From assembly GCA_963848295.1 (NCBI GenBank), contig CAWKDB010000002.1, forward strand, positions 1,024,001 to 1,088,000: a stretch of DNA of 64,000 nt, read 5' to 3'. The translations under genes were made by a program, and so were the position numbers. Source of the stretch: an uncultured delta proteobacterium (GTDB lineage: Bacteria; Myxococcota_A; Polyangia; Haliangiales; Haliangiaceae). The first letter of the stretch is position 1. The number at the start of each line of letters is the position of its first letter. Positions 28,849 through 39,973 of the stretch are shown piece by piece. The notes under the pieces are model-generated. The model was not told the origin of the DNA. It was given only the letters and a program-made list of their open reading frames with translations, and did not search any database.

Positions 28849-31167
28849 ATGCGGATCCGTGTGCCACCGCCGCTCGCTTGCGCGTTTGCCCTTGCCGCGG
28901 CCATCGCGGTGCGATGGTTGCTCGCTCCGCCGGGACCGCCGCCCCCGCCGGCGGGCGCGATCGCCGACGACCGGATCGACGATCGCGTCGAGGGTACGGT
29001 TGGCGCGCCGGTCGTGCGCACGCCGAACGGTTGGGGCGCGGCGCTCGATACCGGCGACGCGCGGGTCTGGATCTGGACCGACCGCGTGATCGCGCCGGGC
29101 GAGCGCCTCGTGGTGACCGGTCGCCTCCGGACGCCACGTGGCTTGCTCGATCCCGGCGCACCGGACCGCGCGGCGCTCGCCGCGAGCCGCGGCGCCGATT
29201 GGGAGCTGACCGCGGCGACGATCGATCGCCTCCGCGACGATGCCGGGCCGTCGGCCTACGCGTGGCGCGCCGCGGCGGCCTTGCAGGCGCGCTGGTCGCG
29301 CGCGATCGACGCTGCGGGCGGTGATCCGGTGGCCCGCGCGGCGTTGCGCGGCATCGCGCTCGGCGATCGCGGCGATGTCCCCGATGACCTCGATCGGCGG
29401 TGGCGCGCGGATGGCATCTTTCACGTGCTCTCGGTCTCGGGCCTACATCTCGCGGTCGTCGCAGGTCTCGCGTTCTCGCTGCTCCGCCGGATCGCGGCAG
29501 CGTCGCCGTGGGGCGGAAGGATCCGGCCGGCGGTGTGGGCGGCACCGCCTGCGCTGTTGCTCGCGATCGCGTACACGATGGTCACCGGTGCGCAGCTCGC
29601 GACGCTGCGCTGCCTCGCGGTCGTCGCGGTGATGCTCGTCGGCGCGATGCTCGATCGCCCGGTCAAGCTCGGCGATGCGCTCGGCGTCGCGGCGATCGCG
29701 GTGCTCGCGTGGCGGCCGGCCGATCTGCTCGACCCGTCGTTCCAGCTGTCGTTCGTCGCCGCGCTCGTGCTCGCGCTCGCACCCGGCGAGCGACGGGCGC
29801 TCGCGCCGTCGTCGCGGGTCGGCAAGATCGGCGCGTGGCTCGCCCGCGGCGCGATGACCTCGGCGTGGCTCGCGCTCGCGACCGCGCCGATCACCGCGTA
29901 CCACTTTCATCAGGTCGCCGCGGGCGGCGTGATCGGCAACCTCGTGCTGACGCCGCTCGTCGAGCTCGCCGCGTTGCCGCTCGCGCTCGCCGGACTCGTC
30001 CTCGGCGAGCTCGTCCCGGCGCTCGGCGGCGCGGTCGTTCACGCCGCGGTCTGGCTGGTCGCGCTCGTCGATCGCGGCGCGGCGCTGCTCGCGACCGCGG
30101 TCCCGGTCGGAGCCGTGTCGGTCGCGACCACGGCGGCGCTGGTCGTGCTCGTCGCGCTGTCGATCGCGCTCGCGGTTCGGCGCGCGGCGTCGTCGCCCGC
30201 TGGCGGGGGCCTGCGCCGCGGTTGGATCCACGCGGCGTTGTGGCTCGCGCTGTGTATCGCGTGGGCGTACGCGCGCACACCACCGCCGGCAGGCGCGTTG
30301 CGCGTGACGTTCTTCGACGTCGGCCAAGGCGACGCCGCGCTCGTCGAGCTCCCCGATGGCGCGACCTGGCTGGTCGACGCCGGTGGCAACACGAGCGCGC
30401 GCGAGCTCGGGCCGGCCTCGGCGACCGGCAAGGTGATCGCGGGCGCGCTCGGCGTCTACGATCACAGCGCGATCGATCTCGCGATCGTCTCGCACCCGCA
30501 TCCCGATCACTACCTCGGCTTCGCCGCGCTCGCCGGCCAGGTGCCAATTCGCGAGCTGTGGACCGCCGCCGATCCGGAAGGAGCACCGCCACCGCCGAAG
30601 CTCCGCGACAGCGCGATGCCGACGTTCGCCGCGATCACGGCGCAGCTCGTGGCCGCCGGCACCGTCGTCGCTCATCCGGCGCTCGGCGTCGCGCGCAGCG
30701 AAGCCGGAGTCACGCTCGAAGTCTGGGGACCGCGGTTCGCCGCGAGCGACGACCCGGCGATCTCGCCGATCGAGGCAGTCGATCCGGTGCGCTCGGTCAA
30801 CGACAACTCGCTCGTCGTCGTCGTGCGCTACCGCGGCCGCGCGCTCCTGTTCGCCGGGGACCTCGAAGCCGAAGGCGAGGCCGCGCTCGTCGCCGCCGGC
30901 CTCGGCCATGTCGACGTCGTGAAAGTGCCACACCATGGCAGCCCGACGTCGTCGTCGCCAGGCCTCGTCGCCGCGACCAAGCCTACACTCGCCGTGATCT
31001 CGTGCGGCGTCGCGAACCAGTTCCACTTCCCGTCGCAGGCCGTGGTCGAGCGCTGGCGCTCGGCGGGGGCCCGGGTCGAGCGCACCGACATCGCCGGCGC
31101 GATCACGGTGACGGTCGGCGACGACGGCGCGCTCGCGATCGAGCGTTTCGCCGGGGCGGCGCCGTGA
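28849..31167 (+). CDS. comEC: DNA internalisation competence protein ComEC/Rec2
   Basis: HVLSVSGLH, SFQLSF; MBL motifs DVGQGDA, SHPHPDH, NDNS, KVPHHGS. Confidence 0.93.
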   Translation: MRIRVPPPLACAFALAAAIAVRWLLAPPGPPPPPAGAIADDRIDDRVEGTVGAPVVRTPNGWGAALDTGDARVWIWTDRVIAPGERLVVTGRLRTPRGLLDPGAPDRAALAASRGADWELTAATIDRLRDDAGPSAYAWRAAAALQARWSRAIDAAGGDPVARAALRGIALGDRGDVPDDLDRRWRADGIFHVLSVSGLHLAVVAGLAFSLLRRIAAASPWGGRIRPAVWAAPPALLLAIAYTMVTGAQLATLRCLAVVAVMLVGAMLDRPVKLGDALGVAAIAVLAWRPADLLDPSFQLSFVAALVLALAPGERRALAPSSRVGKIGAWLARGAMTSAWLALATAPITAYHFHQVAAGGVIGNLVLTPLVELAALPLALAGLVLGELVPALGGAVVHAAVWLVALVDRGAALLATAVPVGAVSVATTAALVVLVALSIALAVRRAASSPAGGGLRRGWIHAALWLALCIAWAYARTPPPAGALRVTFFDVGQGDAALVELPDGATWLVDAGGNTSARELGPASATGKVIAGALGVYDHSAIDLAIVSHPHPDHYLGFAALAGQVPIRELWTAADPEGAPPPPKLRDSAMPTFAAITAQLVAAGTVVAHPALGVARSEAGVTLEVWGPRFAASDDPAISPIEAVDPVRSVNDNSLVVVVRYRGRALLFAGDLEAEGEAALVAAGLGHVDVVKVPHHGSPTSSSPGLVAATKPTLAVISCGVANQFHFPSQAVVERWRSAGARVERTDIAGAITVTVGDDGALAIERFAGAAP

Positions 31168-31180
31168 CACCGAGGGGCGC

Positions 31181-33066
31181 ATGCGTTCTAATGCATCCGT
31201 GGCTCTCGCCGCGCGCGATCAAGAAGTGTTCGAGCAAGCGGTGACGCGCGGCAGCGATCTGCTCAAGCACGGCAAGATCGACGACGCGCAGGGTGCGTTT
31301 CTCGCGGCGCTCGCGATCGATCGCGATAGCGCGCGCGTCCTCGCGCTGCTCGGGTTGACGTACTTTCGCGGGAACAACTTCGCTCAGGCCCGCCCGATCT
31401 ACGAGGACCTGGTCGAACGATCGCCGACCGATGCCTCGCATCGGCTCAACCTCGGCCTCGTGTATCTGAAGCTCGGCGACTCCGAGCGCGCGATTCATGC
31501 GCTCGAGGCGAGCCGCGCTCTCGACCCGAGCCAAGGTCGCGCGATCAGCTACCTCGGGCTCGCGTACGCGCGCGCCGGCCGCTACGCCGAGGCGTATCGC
31601 TCGTTCTTGATCGCGGGCCAGCACGATCTGGCGTTCGAGATCGAGGTCAACCTGACCGACGCCGAGCGAAACGGCATCCAATCGCAGCTCCGCCCGGTGC
31701 CCGGACGAACCCCGACGCCGGCTGCGCCCACGGTCGCGCGCACCTCCACGCCCACCGCGCCCGCGGTCGCGCGCACCTCCACGCCCACCGCGCCCGCGGT
31801 CGCGCGCACCTCCACGCCTCCCCCGCCGCCGGCCGCGCGCACTCGCACGTCGGACCCGACGCCGCATCCTTTCCCCGCGCGGACACCGACGCCGACCGGC
31901 ACGGGCATCCCGCTGCGCATGCCGCGCAACACGCCGCCGCCGATGGCCGCGGTCCAGCCTCCAGATGACCTGGACGATGGATCTCGCGGGCAAGTCGAGC
32001 TCAAGACGATCACGCCGCGCACGATCTCGGCGAGATCGCAGGGCTCGCGAAACAGGTCGCCTCGGCGGCGCCACCCGGCGTCGTCATGCCATCGGCCGAT
32101 CCGAGCGCGCGGATGAGCGACTCGATGCAGTTCGTCTTGCCCGAGCGCCTCGGCGATCCGGGCGTGCCGGTGCCGGCGATTCCGCAGCCGGTCGACGGTC
32201 AGACGATGGTGTCGCTCGCCGTCAAGATGGCGGCGCCGTCGGCCGCCGGCGCCGCCGGGGTTCGGACGGCGTCGGGCGGGTTCGCGCCGCTGCCGTTGTC
32301 TCAGCTCGCGACCGAGCAGCTCGTTCGTCCGAACGACGGCACGCACCCGTTCGAGCTCACCGATTCGGGGTCGCTCGTCATCCGGGTCACCGAGCGCGTG
32401 ATGACCCGGCTCGACGATGTTCACGTCACCGGAGGCGATCTCGCGTTCGAGCCCGCGCTGCGCCGGTCGCGCGGTCATCAGAGCGACATCAAGTTCGACT
32501 ATGGCGGGGCGGCGCTCTACTCGGTCAGCGGTCACGGTTACCTCATCGCGGTGCCGAACAAGCGCGCGTATACGGCGGTCGAGCTCGACGACGACATCTT
32601 CTATCTGCGAGAGGATCTCGTGTTCGCGTTCGAGTCGACGCTGCGCTGGGAGAGCGGCAACGTACCGGGGTTGCGCGGCCGGCTCCCGGTCGTCCAGTTT
32701 CGCGGCGACGGTGCGGTCGCGCTGCGCAGCGAGAAGCCGCTCGTCCGGATCAAGCTCCCCGCGAATGGCGTCGTGTTCGTCGCGGCGACGCGGATGGCAG
32801 GCTGGATCGGTCGCGTGATTCCGCGCGCGGTCGTACCGCCGAGCGGCGGGCCGATGGGCGAGATGTGTATCGAATGCACCGGCGAAGGCGTCGTGCTCGT
32901 CGATCCGGTCGGCGATCCGACGGGCCTGGCTCCGGAAGTGCCGGCGGCACCTCCAAGTGCGGTTGCGAGGCCGACCGCGAACGGCGAGGAACCGTCGCAA
33001 GTCGAGAAGGCGCTCAGCGACGAGCTCGCGTTCGACGACCTCGGCGAATCACGCGACGAGATCTGA
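31181..33066 (+). CDS. TPR + Thr/Pro-rich linker + AIM24-like protein (probable frameshift near 32040)
   Basis: TPRs in ORF 31181..32116; AIM24-like FYLREDLVFAFE..VQFRGDG..CTGEG in ORF 32086..33066. Could be two genes. Confidence 0.7.
31731..31818 (+). repeat. Intragenic 33-bp tandem repeat (about 2.7 units; VARTSTPTAPA)
   Basis: Units start at 31731, 31764 and 31797. Confidence 0.9.
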
Positions 33067-34391
33067 TGGGCGATGGGCCGATCGCGGCGGCCGCACGGCT
33101 CGCGGGGCTGCGAGGACGCGCGCTGCTGCACTCGGCGAGTAACCACGACGAGCTCGGAGCATGGTCGTTCGTCGCCGCCGAACCGTCCGCGACGTTGATC
33201 GCGCGCGGCCGGTCGCTCGTTCGACTCGATGCCGACGGTCGTCCCAGCGCGCGGTTCACCGCAGACCCGTTCGAAGCCGCGCAGGAGTTTCTCGCCGAGC
33301 ACGGCGCGACGTTCGGCGACGGTGACGGTCGGCCGCCCGAACCGTCGGTGATCGGCTACGTCGGCTACGATCTCGCGCGCGTCGTCGAGAGGCTGCCAGG
33401 CGGCAGCAAGCGCGGCTACGAGGGTGCGGATCTGTGGCTCGGCGCGTACGGCGCGGTCGCGCGGTGGAGCACGCATGGCGACGGCGCGGAGATCGTCGGG
33501 CGCGATCCGGTGGCACGCGATCGACTCGCCGGTTTACTAGCCGCGGGGGACCCTCGGCCCGCCGCGCCCCCCGCGATCGGCGAGCTCGTCGCCGACGATG
33601 ACGGCGCGCATCACATCGCGCGCGTACAGCGCATCCACGACTACCTCGCCGCCGGCGACGTCTATCAGGTCAACCTCGCCCGCCGGCTCGTCGCGCCGAT
33701 CGAACGACAAGGCGATCCGCTCGCGCTCTACGCGGCGCTCGCCCGCGTCGCACCAGCACCCTACGGCGCGTTACTCGAGACCGATGGCCTCGCGCTGATC
33801 TCGGGGTCGCCCGAACGGTTCCTCGCGCGCGCGGGCCAGCGGATCGAGACCCGCCCGATCAAGGGCACGCGCGAGCTCGGCGCAGGCGGCGCCGAGGCGC
33901 TCGCGAGCTCGCCGAAAGATGCGGCCGAGCACCTGATGATCGTCGACCTCGAGCGCAACGACCTCGGGCGCATCGCCGAGACCGGGAGTGTCGCGGTCGA
34001 TCGGCTCGGTTACGTCGTCGAGCTACCGGCGCTCTATCACCTCGTGTCGCGAGTCAGCGCGCGCCCGCGAGCCGACGTCGGATATGCCGGCGTACTGCGC
34101 GCGATGTTCCCCGGCGGCTCGATCACCGGCGCACCGAAGATCCGCGCGATGCAGCTGATCGACGAGCTCGAGCCGGCTCGTCGCGGCGCGTACTGCGGAG
34201 CGCTCGGCTACTTCGGCGCAGCCGGCGCATTCGATCTCGCGCTCGCGATCCGGATCGGCGTGATCGCCGGCCGCGAGCTCCGCGTTCACGTCGGCGGGGG
34301 CATCGTCGCGGATTCCGATCCGGCGGCCGAGCTCGCCGAAGCGGAGCTCAAAGCCGCCGGCTGGCGCGCCGCGCTCAGAACCCTTGCGTGA
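33066..34391 (+). CDS. pabB: Aminodeoxychorismate/anthranilate synthase component I family
   Basis: GDVYQVNL, SPERF, TRPIKGT, AEHLMIVDLERNDL, FPGGSITGAPK, GGGIVADS; ATG overlaps the upstream TGA. Confidence 0.88.
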   Translation: MGDGPIAAAARLAGLRGRALLHSASNHDELGAWSFVAAEPSATLIARGRSLVRLDADGRPSARFTADPFEAAQEFLAEHGATFGDGDGRPPEPSVIGYVGYDLARVVERLPGGSKRGYEGADLWLGAYGAVARWSTHGDGAEIVGRDPVARDRLAGLLAAGDPRPAAPPAIGELVADDDGAHHIARVQRIHDYLAAGDVYQVNLARRLVAPIERQGDPLALYAALARVAPAPYGALLETDGLALISGSPERFLARAGQRIETRPIKGTRELGAGGAEALASSPKDAAEHLMIVDLERNDLGRIAETGSVAVDRLGYVVELPALYHLVSRVSARPRADVGYAGVLRAMFPGGSITGAPKIRAMQLIDELEPARRGAYCGALGYFGAAGAFDLALAIRIGVIAGRELRVHVGGGIVADSDPAAELAEAELKAAGWRAALRTLA

Positions 34392-35102
34392 TGAACGTGA
34401 GCGCGTCCGGCGCGACCGGCACGTTCGGAATCGCGACCGCGGTGCCACCCATCGGGGTGAGGTTGACCGTCGTCGTCGCGACCCCGAGGTTCGGAAGCCA
34501 GACATCTCGCCGTACGGTCCGGTCTCGCCGTTCACGACCCACTGGGTCGAGCTCGTCGCCGAATCGTAGTAGTAGCCGACGTTCTCGTCGGTGTCGGTCG
34601 CCACGACGTTCTCGAGCGGCGCGCCGCCCTGGACGGCTTGCGCGATCACGCCGCCGGTGCCGGCGACGACGATCACGCCCGAGCCGAGCGCGAGGTCGCT
34701 GAACGTCGACGCCGACAGCATCGGGATCTGGTTGACCGCGCCGAAAGGCATCAGCGAGGTGGTCATGTTCGTGCCGGTGATGACCCACACGAGATCGGTG
34801 CCGAGTTGCGTCGCGATCGAGAACGCCCCGTTGTCCGCCGTCGTCGCGGTCGCGGCGCCGAGCGTCACGGTCAGGCCGCCGGCGCCGGTCGGGTCGCAGA
34901 CGTCGAGCTGGCGCGCATCCGACGCGACGCAGACTCGGCCGTTCAGCGTTCCAGATCCGCCGTCGGGCGCATCGATCACGTAGGCATCTGGGGGCTCGCC
35001 GGTGTTGCCGCCGCCACCACCGCCACCGATGATCGGAAAGCCGGGATGGTCGGCCTTGCACCCCATCGCGAGCAGGAGCGCGACCACGGCCAGATTGCTC
35101 AT
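34375..35102 (-). CDS. Beta-sandwich lipoprotein (frameshift near 34503)
   Basis: AMGC lipobox; the C-terminus WLPNLGV..ALTFITQGF* is in another frame. Confidence 0.65.
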
Positions 35103-35106
35103 ACGG

Positions 35107-35658
35107 TCATGATACCGCCCGCGCCCTGCGGTCGCGAAGATTCCGGACGTGCTGTGGCGCACTCTCGAGCAACAACAAGGCGATGCCGACGAGCAGCGCG
35201 ACGTCGGCGACGTTGAAGACCGGCCAATCGTGGCGCCCGGCGTGCCAGTGTACGAAGTCGGTGACCCAGCCGTTGCGCAGGCGGTCGAGCAGGTTACCGA
35301 GTGCGCCTCCGGCGATCATCGCAAACGCGACTCGCCGCAACCGCTGCTCCGGTCGACTGCGCGACGCCGCAAACCCGATCGCGATCAGCGCGGCGACCGC
35401 GACGATCGGCAGCGCGATGCGTCCCCAGGTCGTGTGCGCAAACCCCGAGAACGCGACGCCGGTGTTGTACTCGAGCTGCCAATCCCACAATCCGCCGACC
35501 ACCGACACCGGCGTTCCGCCGCAGTGCTGCGCGGCGAGCTCGCTTGCGGTGCAGCCGGCAGGAACCGGCAGGCCTTGCGCCCACGCCTTGCTGCCCTGAT
35601 CGAGCGCGAACGTGACGACCGCGATCGCGACGAAGATCACTGCCCGCTGCTTGTTCAC
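35107..35658 (-). CDS. lspA: Lipoprotein signal peptidase II, copy 2
   Basis: DQGSK, NTGVAFS, GGALGNLLDR, VTDF, WPVFNVAD. Confidence 0.93.
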   Translation of the reverse strand: MNKQRAVIFVAIAVVTFALDQGSKAWAQGLPVPAGCTASELAAQHCGGTPVSVVGGLWDWQLEYNTGVAFSGFAHTTWGRIALPIVAVAALIAIGFAASRSRPEQRLRRVAFAMIAGGALGNLLDRLRNGWVTDFVHWHAGRHDWPVFNVADVALLVGIALLLLESAPQHVRNLRDRRARAVS

Positions 35659-35695
35659 GGGGCGACGACCGCGCGCGGCGGCCCCGATATTCCCG

Positions 35696-36346
35696 CTACA
35701 TCTTGACGAGCCCGGCGGCCTTCGCCTTCTCGAGCCGGAGCTGCTTGCGCGCTTTGTCGCGCTTATTCTCTTTCTGGATATCGATGAACATCAAGCCGAC
35801 ACCGACGACGAGCACGATGTCGGCGACGTTGAACACCGGCCACTCGTGCTTGCCGTAGTGGAGGAGCACGAAGTCGGTCACGACGCCGTAGTAGATGCGA
35901 TCGATCAGGTTTCCGACCGCGCCGCCGGCGACGAGCGCGAGCGCCCAGTGCAGCACGCGTTGATCCCAACGCGCCTTGTACAGCATGTAGACCATGCCGA
36001 CCACCGCGCCGATCCCGACGAGCGACAGCGCCACGCGCGCGAACGCCTGGTTGTTCGCGAACAGCCCGAACGCCGAGCCCGGGTTCATCGACAGCCGCCA
36101 ATCCCAGAACGAGCCGAGCACCGAGACGTTATCGCCGTGACAGTGGCCGGTGATGAAGTCCGCGGGAACCGCACAGCCCTTCGGCGACACCGGCAGCGAG
36201 CCGCGCGCCCAGATCTTCGTCACTTGATCCGCGACCAAGGATAGCAAGCCCGCGATCGCGAACACCCGCCACTTGTGATCGGCGCGCGGCTGCGCCGGCG
36301 GCTTGTCGTCGGCAACGGCGGGCTCGGCGGCTTCGGTCTCGGCCAT
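35696..36346 (-). CDS. lspA: Lipoprotein signal peptidase II, copy 1
   Basis: DQVTK, NPGSAFG, GGAVGNLIDR, VTDF, WPVFNVAD; directly after ileS. Confidence 0.95.
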   Translation of the reverse strand: MAETEAAEPAVADDKPPAQPRADHKWRVFAIAGLLSLVADQVTKIWARGSLPVSPKGCAVPADFITGHCHGDNVSVLGSFWDWRLSMNPGSAFGLFANNQAFARVALSLVGIGAVVGMVYMLYKARWDQRVLHWALALVAGGAVGNLIDRIYYGVVTDFVLLHYGKHEWPVFNVADIVLVVGVGLMFIDIQKENKRDKARKQLRLEKAKAAGLVKM

Positions 36347-36348
36347 CG

Positions 36349-39198
36349 TCAGGACTCTCTCGCCACGAGCGCCGCGGCGCAACGGTCGCACACGTCGTTC
36401 GGCTCGGCCGCGAGCCGATCGTAGTGCTCGCCAGCACCGCTCGCAACGCGGGCCCGGATGGACCTCGACCACGACACCGACGTTGCCCTCCACGATGTCG
36501 ACCTCGGACACGATGAAGATCTCCGCGAGCTCGGTCGCGTAGCTCCGCAGCTCGGGCAGTTGCTCGGGTGGCGCGGAGATCGTGACCTTCGCGTCGACGG
36601 ACTTGCGCTTCTCGGCGCGGAACGGCTCGAGCGCCGCGTTGACGCGCTCGCGCCAGGCCATCAAGAACTTCCAGGTCTCGAGCGCGCGTCCGTCGGGCTC
36701 GGAGTCCTCTCCGAACGTCGCGAGGTGAACGCTGTCCGGGCTCGCCGTGAGGCCGCGGCAGATACTTCCAGATGTCCTCGGCGGTGAAGCACAGGATCGG
36801 CGCCGACGATGCTCGCGATCGCGCTCGCGCACTCCACAGCACCCACTGCGCGCTGCGCCGCTCGTCGGAGGCGGTCGCGTTCGAATACAGCCGGTCCTTC
36901 GCGATGTCCGAGTACCGCGCCGACACGTCGATCGTGACGAACTCGACGAGCGCGCGATGCACGTTGTGCAGCTCGTAGCGCTCGTAGGCCGCGCGACAGC
37001 GATGCTCGAAGTCGTCGATCACCTGGATCATCGCCGCGTCGATCGGCGGGCGCACGCCACGATGGGGGACATCGGGATCGAAGTCGTTGAGGTTGCCGAG
37101 CAGGAACCGCGCGGTGTTGCGCAGCTTGCGATACCAATCGGCGAGCCCGTCGAGCAGCGCCTGCGAGTACGGCATGTCGTTGCGGAACTCGATCGAGCCG
37201 ACCCACAGCCGGAACATCTCCGCGCCCGACTTCGCGATCACGCTGTCGGGCTCGATGTAGCTCGTCTTCTTGCCCTCGGCCTTCGCCTTTTCGATCGCGC
37301 TCTTGCGAGTATTCCTTGCCGTGCTCGTCGAGCACGAACCCGTGCGTGATGACTTGCTTGTACGGCGCACGGCCCATCAGGCCGATGCCGGCGAGCAGCG
37401 AGCTGTGAAACCAGCCGCGGTGCTGATCGCTGCCTTCGAGGTAGAGGTCGATGTGCTTGTAGTCGGCGCCGTCGCGGCGGCGCTCCATCGCGAGCCACGA
37501 CACGCCCGATTCGAACCACACGTCGACGATATCTTTTTCCTTCTCGAGCTGTCGGTCGACTTGCAGTTGCTTGCATGCGGTGCCGGGCGGGACGAGCTCG
37601 GCGACGCTCATCGTCCACCATGCATCGGCGCCGTGCTGCGTGAAGATCGCCGCGATGTGATCCATCGTGTCGGCGTCGCGTGCTCGGTGCCGCACGCCTT
37701 GCAGTAGAACGCCGGGATCGGCGTGCCCCACAGCCGCTGGCGCGACAGCACCCAGTCCGGCCGATGCTCGATCATCGCGTAGATGCGATCGTGGCCCCAC
37801 GCCGGGATCCACGTCGTCGCGTCGATCGCGGCAAGCGCTTTCTGGCGAAGCTCCTTGTGATCCATCGCGATGAACCACTGCGGTGTCGCGCGATAGATGA
37901 TCGGGTTCTTGCAGCGCCAGCAGTGCGCATAGGAGTGTCGGATCTTGATCGGTCGGCGGGTTGAGCAAGTAGCCGTGCTCGTGGAGCCACGCCGTGATGA
38001 TCGGGTTCGCCTCGTCGGTGGTCTTGCCTTCGAGCTCGCAGCGGCGTGCCAGAGGTGTAGCGACCCGCGTCGTCGAGCGGCGCATACGCGGGCAAGCCGT
38101 GCGCGACGCCGGTGCGATAGTCGTCGGCGCCGTGACCGGGCGCGGTGTGGACGAGGCCCGTGCCGGTGTCGGCGGTGACGTAGTCGGCGAACCACAGCTT
38201 CCAGCACTCGGCGTTCTGCGGTTCGGTCACGAATGGATGGCGATAGCGCGCGCCTTCGAGCTTCTTCATCTCGGTCGGCGTAATCTCGATCGCGCTGCTG
38301 AGGTCGAGGCCGCCGATCGCCTCGCCGACCGATTCGGCGAGCTCCTTCGCGACGATCAGATACTCGACTTCATCTTGCCGCAGCTGCGAGGGCCCGCTGC
38401 CGGGAGACGACGCGGGATCGCGACGTACGTGAAGTCGGGATGCGCGACGATCGCGAGGTTCGCGGGCAGCGTCCACGGCGTGGTCGTCCAGATCACGAGC
38501 GACGCGGGCTTGCCGCCGCCACCCCGCCTCGAGCGGGAACCGCACGTACACCGACGGCGACGACTTGTCCTTGTATTCGATCTCCGCCTCGGCAAGCGCG
38601 GTCTGATCGCGCGGGCACCAGATCACCGGCTTCTTGCCGCGATACAGCCAGCCGCCGCGCGTGAACGTCGCGAGCGCGCTCGCGATCGCACCTTCGTACG
38701 AGTTGTCGAGCGTGAGGTACGGCTCGCGCCACGCGCCGAGCACGCCGAGCCGCTCGAACTCGGTGCGCTGGATCGCGACGAACTTCAGCGCGTAGTCGCG
38801 GCACGCCCGGCGGATCTCGGCGACCGACATCGCCTTGCGCTTGGGCCCGAGCTCGCGCTCGACCGCGAGCTCGATCGGGAGGCCGTGCGTATCCCAGCCC
38901 GGCACGTACGGCGTGCGGAAACCCGGCCATCGTGCGCGACTTGACGACGATGTCCTTGAGGATCTTGTTGAGGATGTGGCCGTAGTGGATGTGGCCGTTC
39001 GAGTACGGCGGGCCATCGTGCAGCACCCACAGCGGCGCGTCGGCGCGCGCGGCTTGGATTCGCTCGTACAGCTTCGTCGCTGCCCATTCGGCCAGGATCT
39101 CGGGCTCGCGCTTCGCGAGATCGCCGCGCATCGGGAACGCGCGTCTCCGGCAGGTTGACGCTGTCCTTGTACTTGGACTGAGAACCTTGGCCCGACAT
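36349..39198 (-). CDS. ileS: Isoleucine--tRNA ligase (multiple frameshifts)
   Basis: [66 protein letters not shown] and C-terminal CERCW, across several frames. Confidence 0.95.
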
Positions 39199-39295
39199 CG
39201 GGCGCGGACCATAGCACCGGGAACAAGCGGATCCCTCCCCGCACTAGCCGTTCGTGCGACTTCGCGGGCCACATGCGCGGGCCTACTATGGCGCC

Positions 39296-39775
39296 ATGGC
39301 GGAAGCAGGAACGCGTGCATCGTGGGACGAGTACTTCATGAGCATCGCGCAGGTGGTCGCGACGCGATCGACGTGCCCGCGCAAGTACGTCGGCTCGGTG
39401 CTGGTCAAGAACCGCACGATCTTGTCGACCGGCTATAACGGCTCGATCCGCGGCATGCCGCACTGCTCGGATGTCGGCCACATGATGGAGGACAACCACT
39501 GCGTCGCGACGATCCACGCCGAGGCGAACGCGATCATCCAAGCGGCGCGCAACGGCGTGATGATCGACGGCTCGGCTTGCTACGTCACCGCGAGCCCGTG
39601 CTGGAACTGCTTCAAGCAACTCGCGAACGCCGGCATCACGCGGATCTGCTTCGGCGAGTTCTATCGCGACGAACGCATCTTCGAGATCGCGAACAAGATC
39701 AACATCGAGCTACTCCATGTGCCGTTGCCCGGCGTAAATCTGCCGGCGCTTCCGTCGGCGGCCGCGAAAGTCTGA
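39296..39775 (+). CDS. Deoxycytidylate deaminase (ComEB-like)
   Basis: WDEYFM, RSTC, TGYNG, HAEANA, PCWNC. Confidence 0.93.
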   Translation: MAEAGTRASWDEYFMSIAQVVATRSTCPRKYVGSVLVKNRTILSTGYNGSIRGMPHCSDVGHMMEDNHCVATIHAEANAIIQAARNGVMIDGSACYVTASPCWNCFKQLANAGITRICFGEFYRDERIFEIANKINIELLHVPLPGVNLPALPSAAAKV

Positions 39776-39801
39776 GCCAGCGTCAGCCGCTCCGTAATCA
39801 G

Positions 39802-39851
39802 ATCGTGTACGCGTCCGTGTCACGTGGCACGTGCTCGTACTCGTACACGAT
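39802..39851. repeat. REP-like palindromic element, copy 2
   Basis: Terminal 10-bp inverted repeat atcgtgtacg/cgtacacgat; core matches 14755-14781. Confidence 0.7.
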
Positions 39852-39973
39852 TCGAAAATCCGGAGGCGTTAGTTGGGGTACAAACCTTTCGCGAGATCAC
39901 CTGAACAGCTGTCACGTGAACGTCGCTTTTCAGGGCTGGAATTGTTGAGATCGGCCGCGCTCCCGGCCTAGCC

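Noticed and set aside
31965..34391. 808-aa PabB fusion ORF
   Set aside because: The N-terminal part is an off-frame read of the AIM24-like gene; the real start is ATG 33066.
28849..39775. Bacillus-like comE operon (comEC plus comEB-like deaminase)
   Set aside because: The genes are 8 kb apart with unrelated genes between them, and no comEA was seen.
39871..39890. ttggggtacaaacctttc as another GGGG-repeat copy
   Set aside because: Lacks the GACG and TTGTCA boxes and occurs once.
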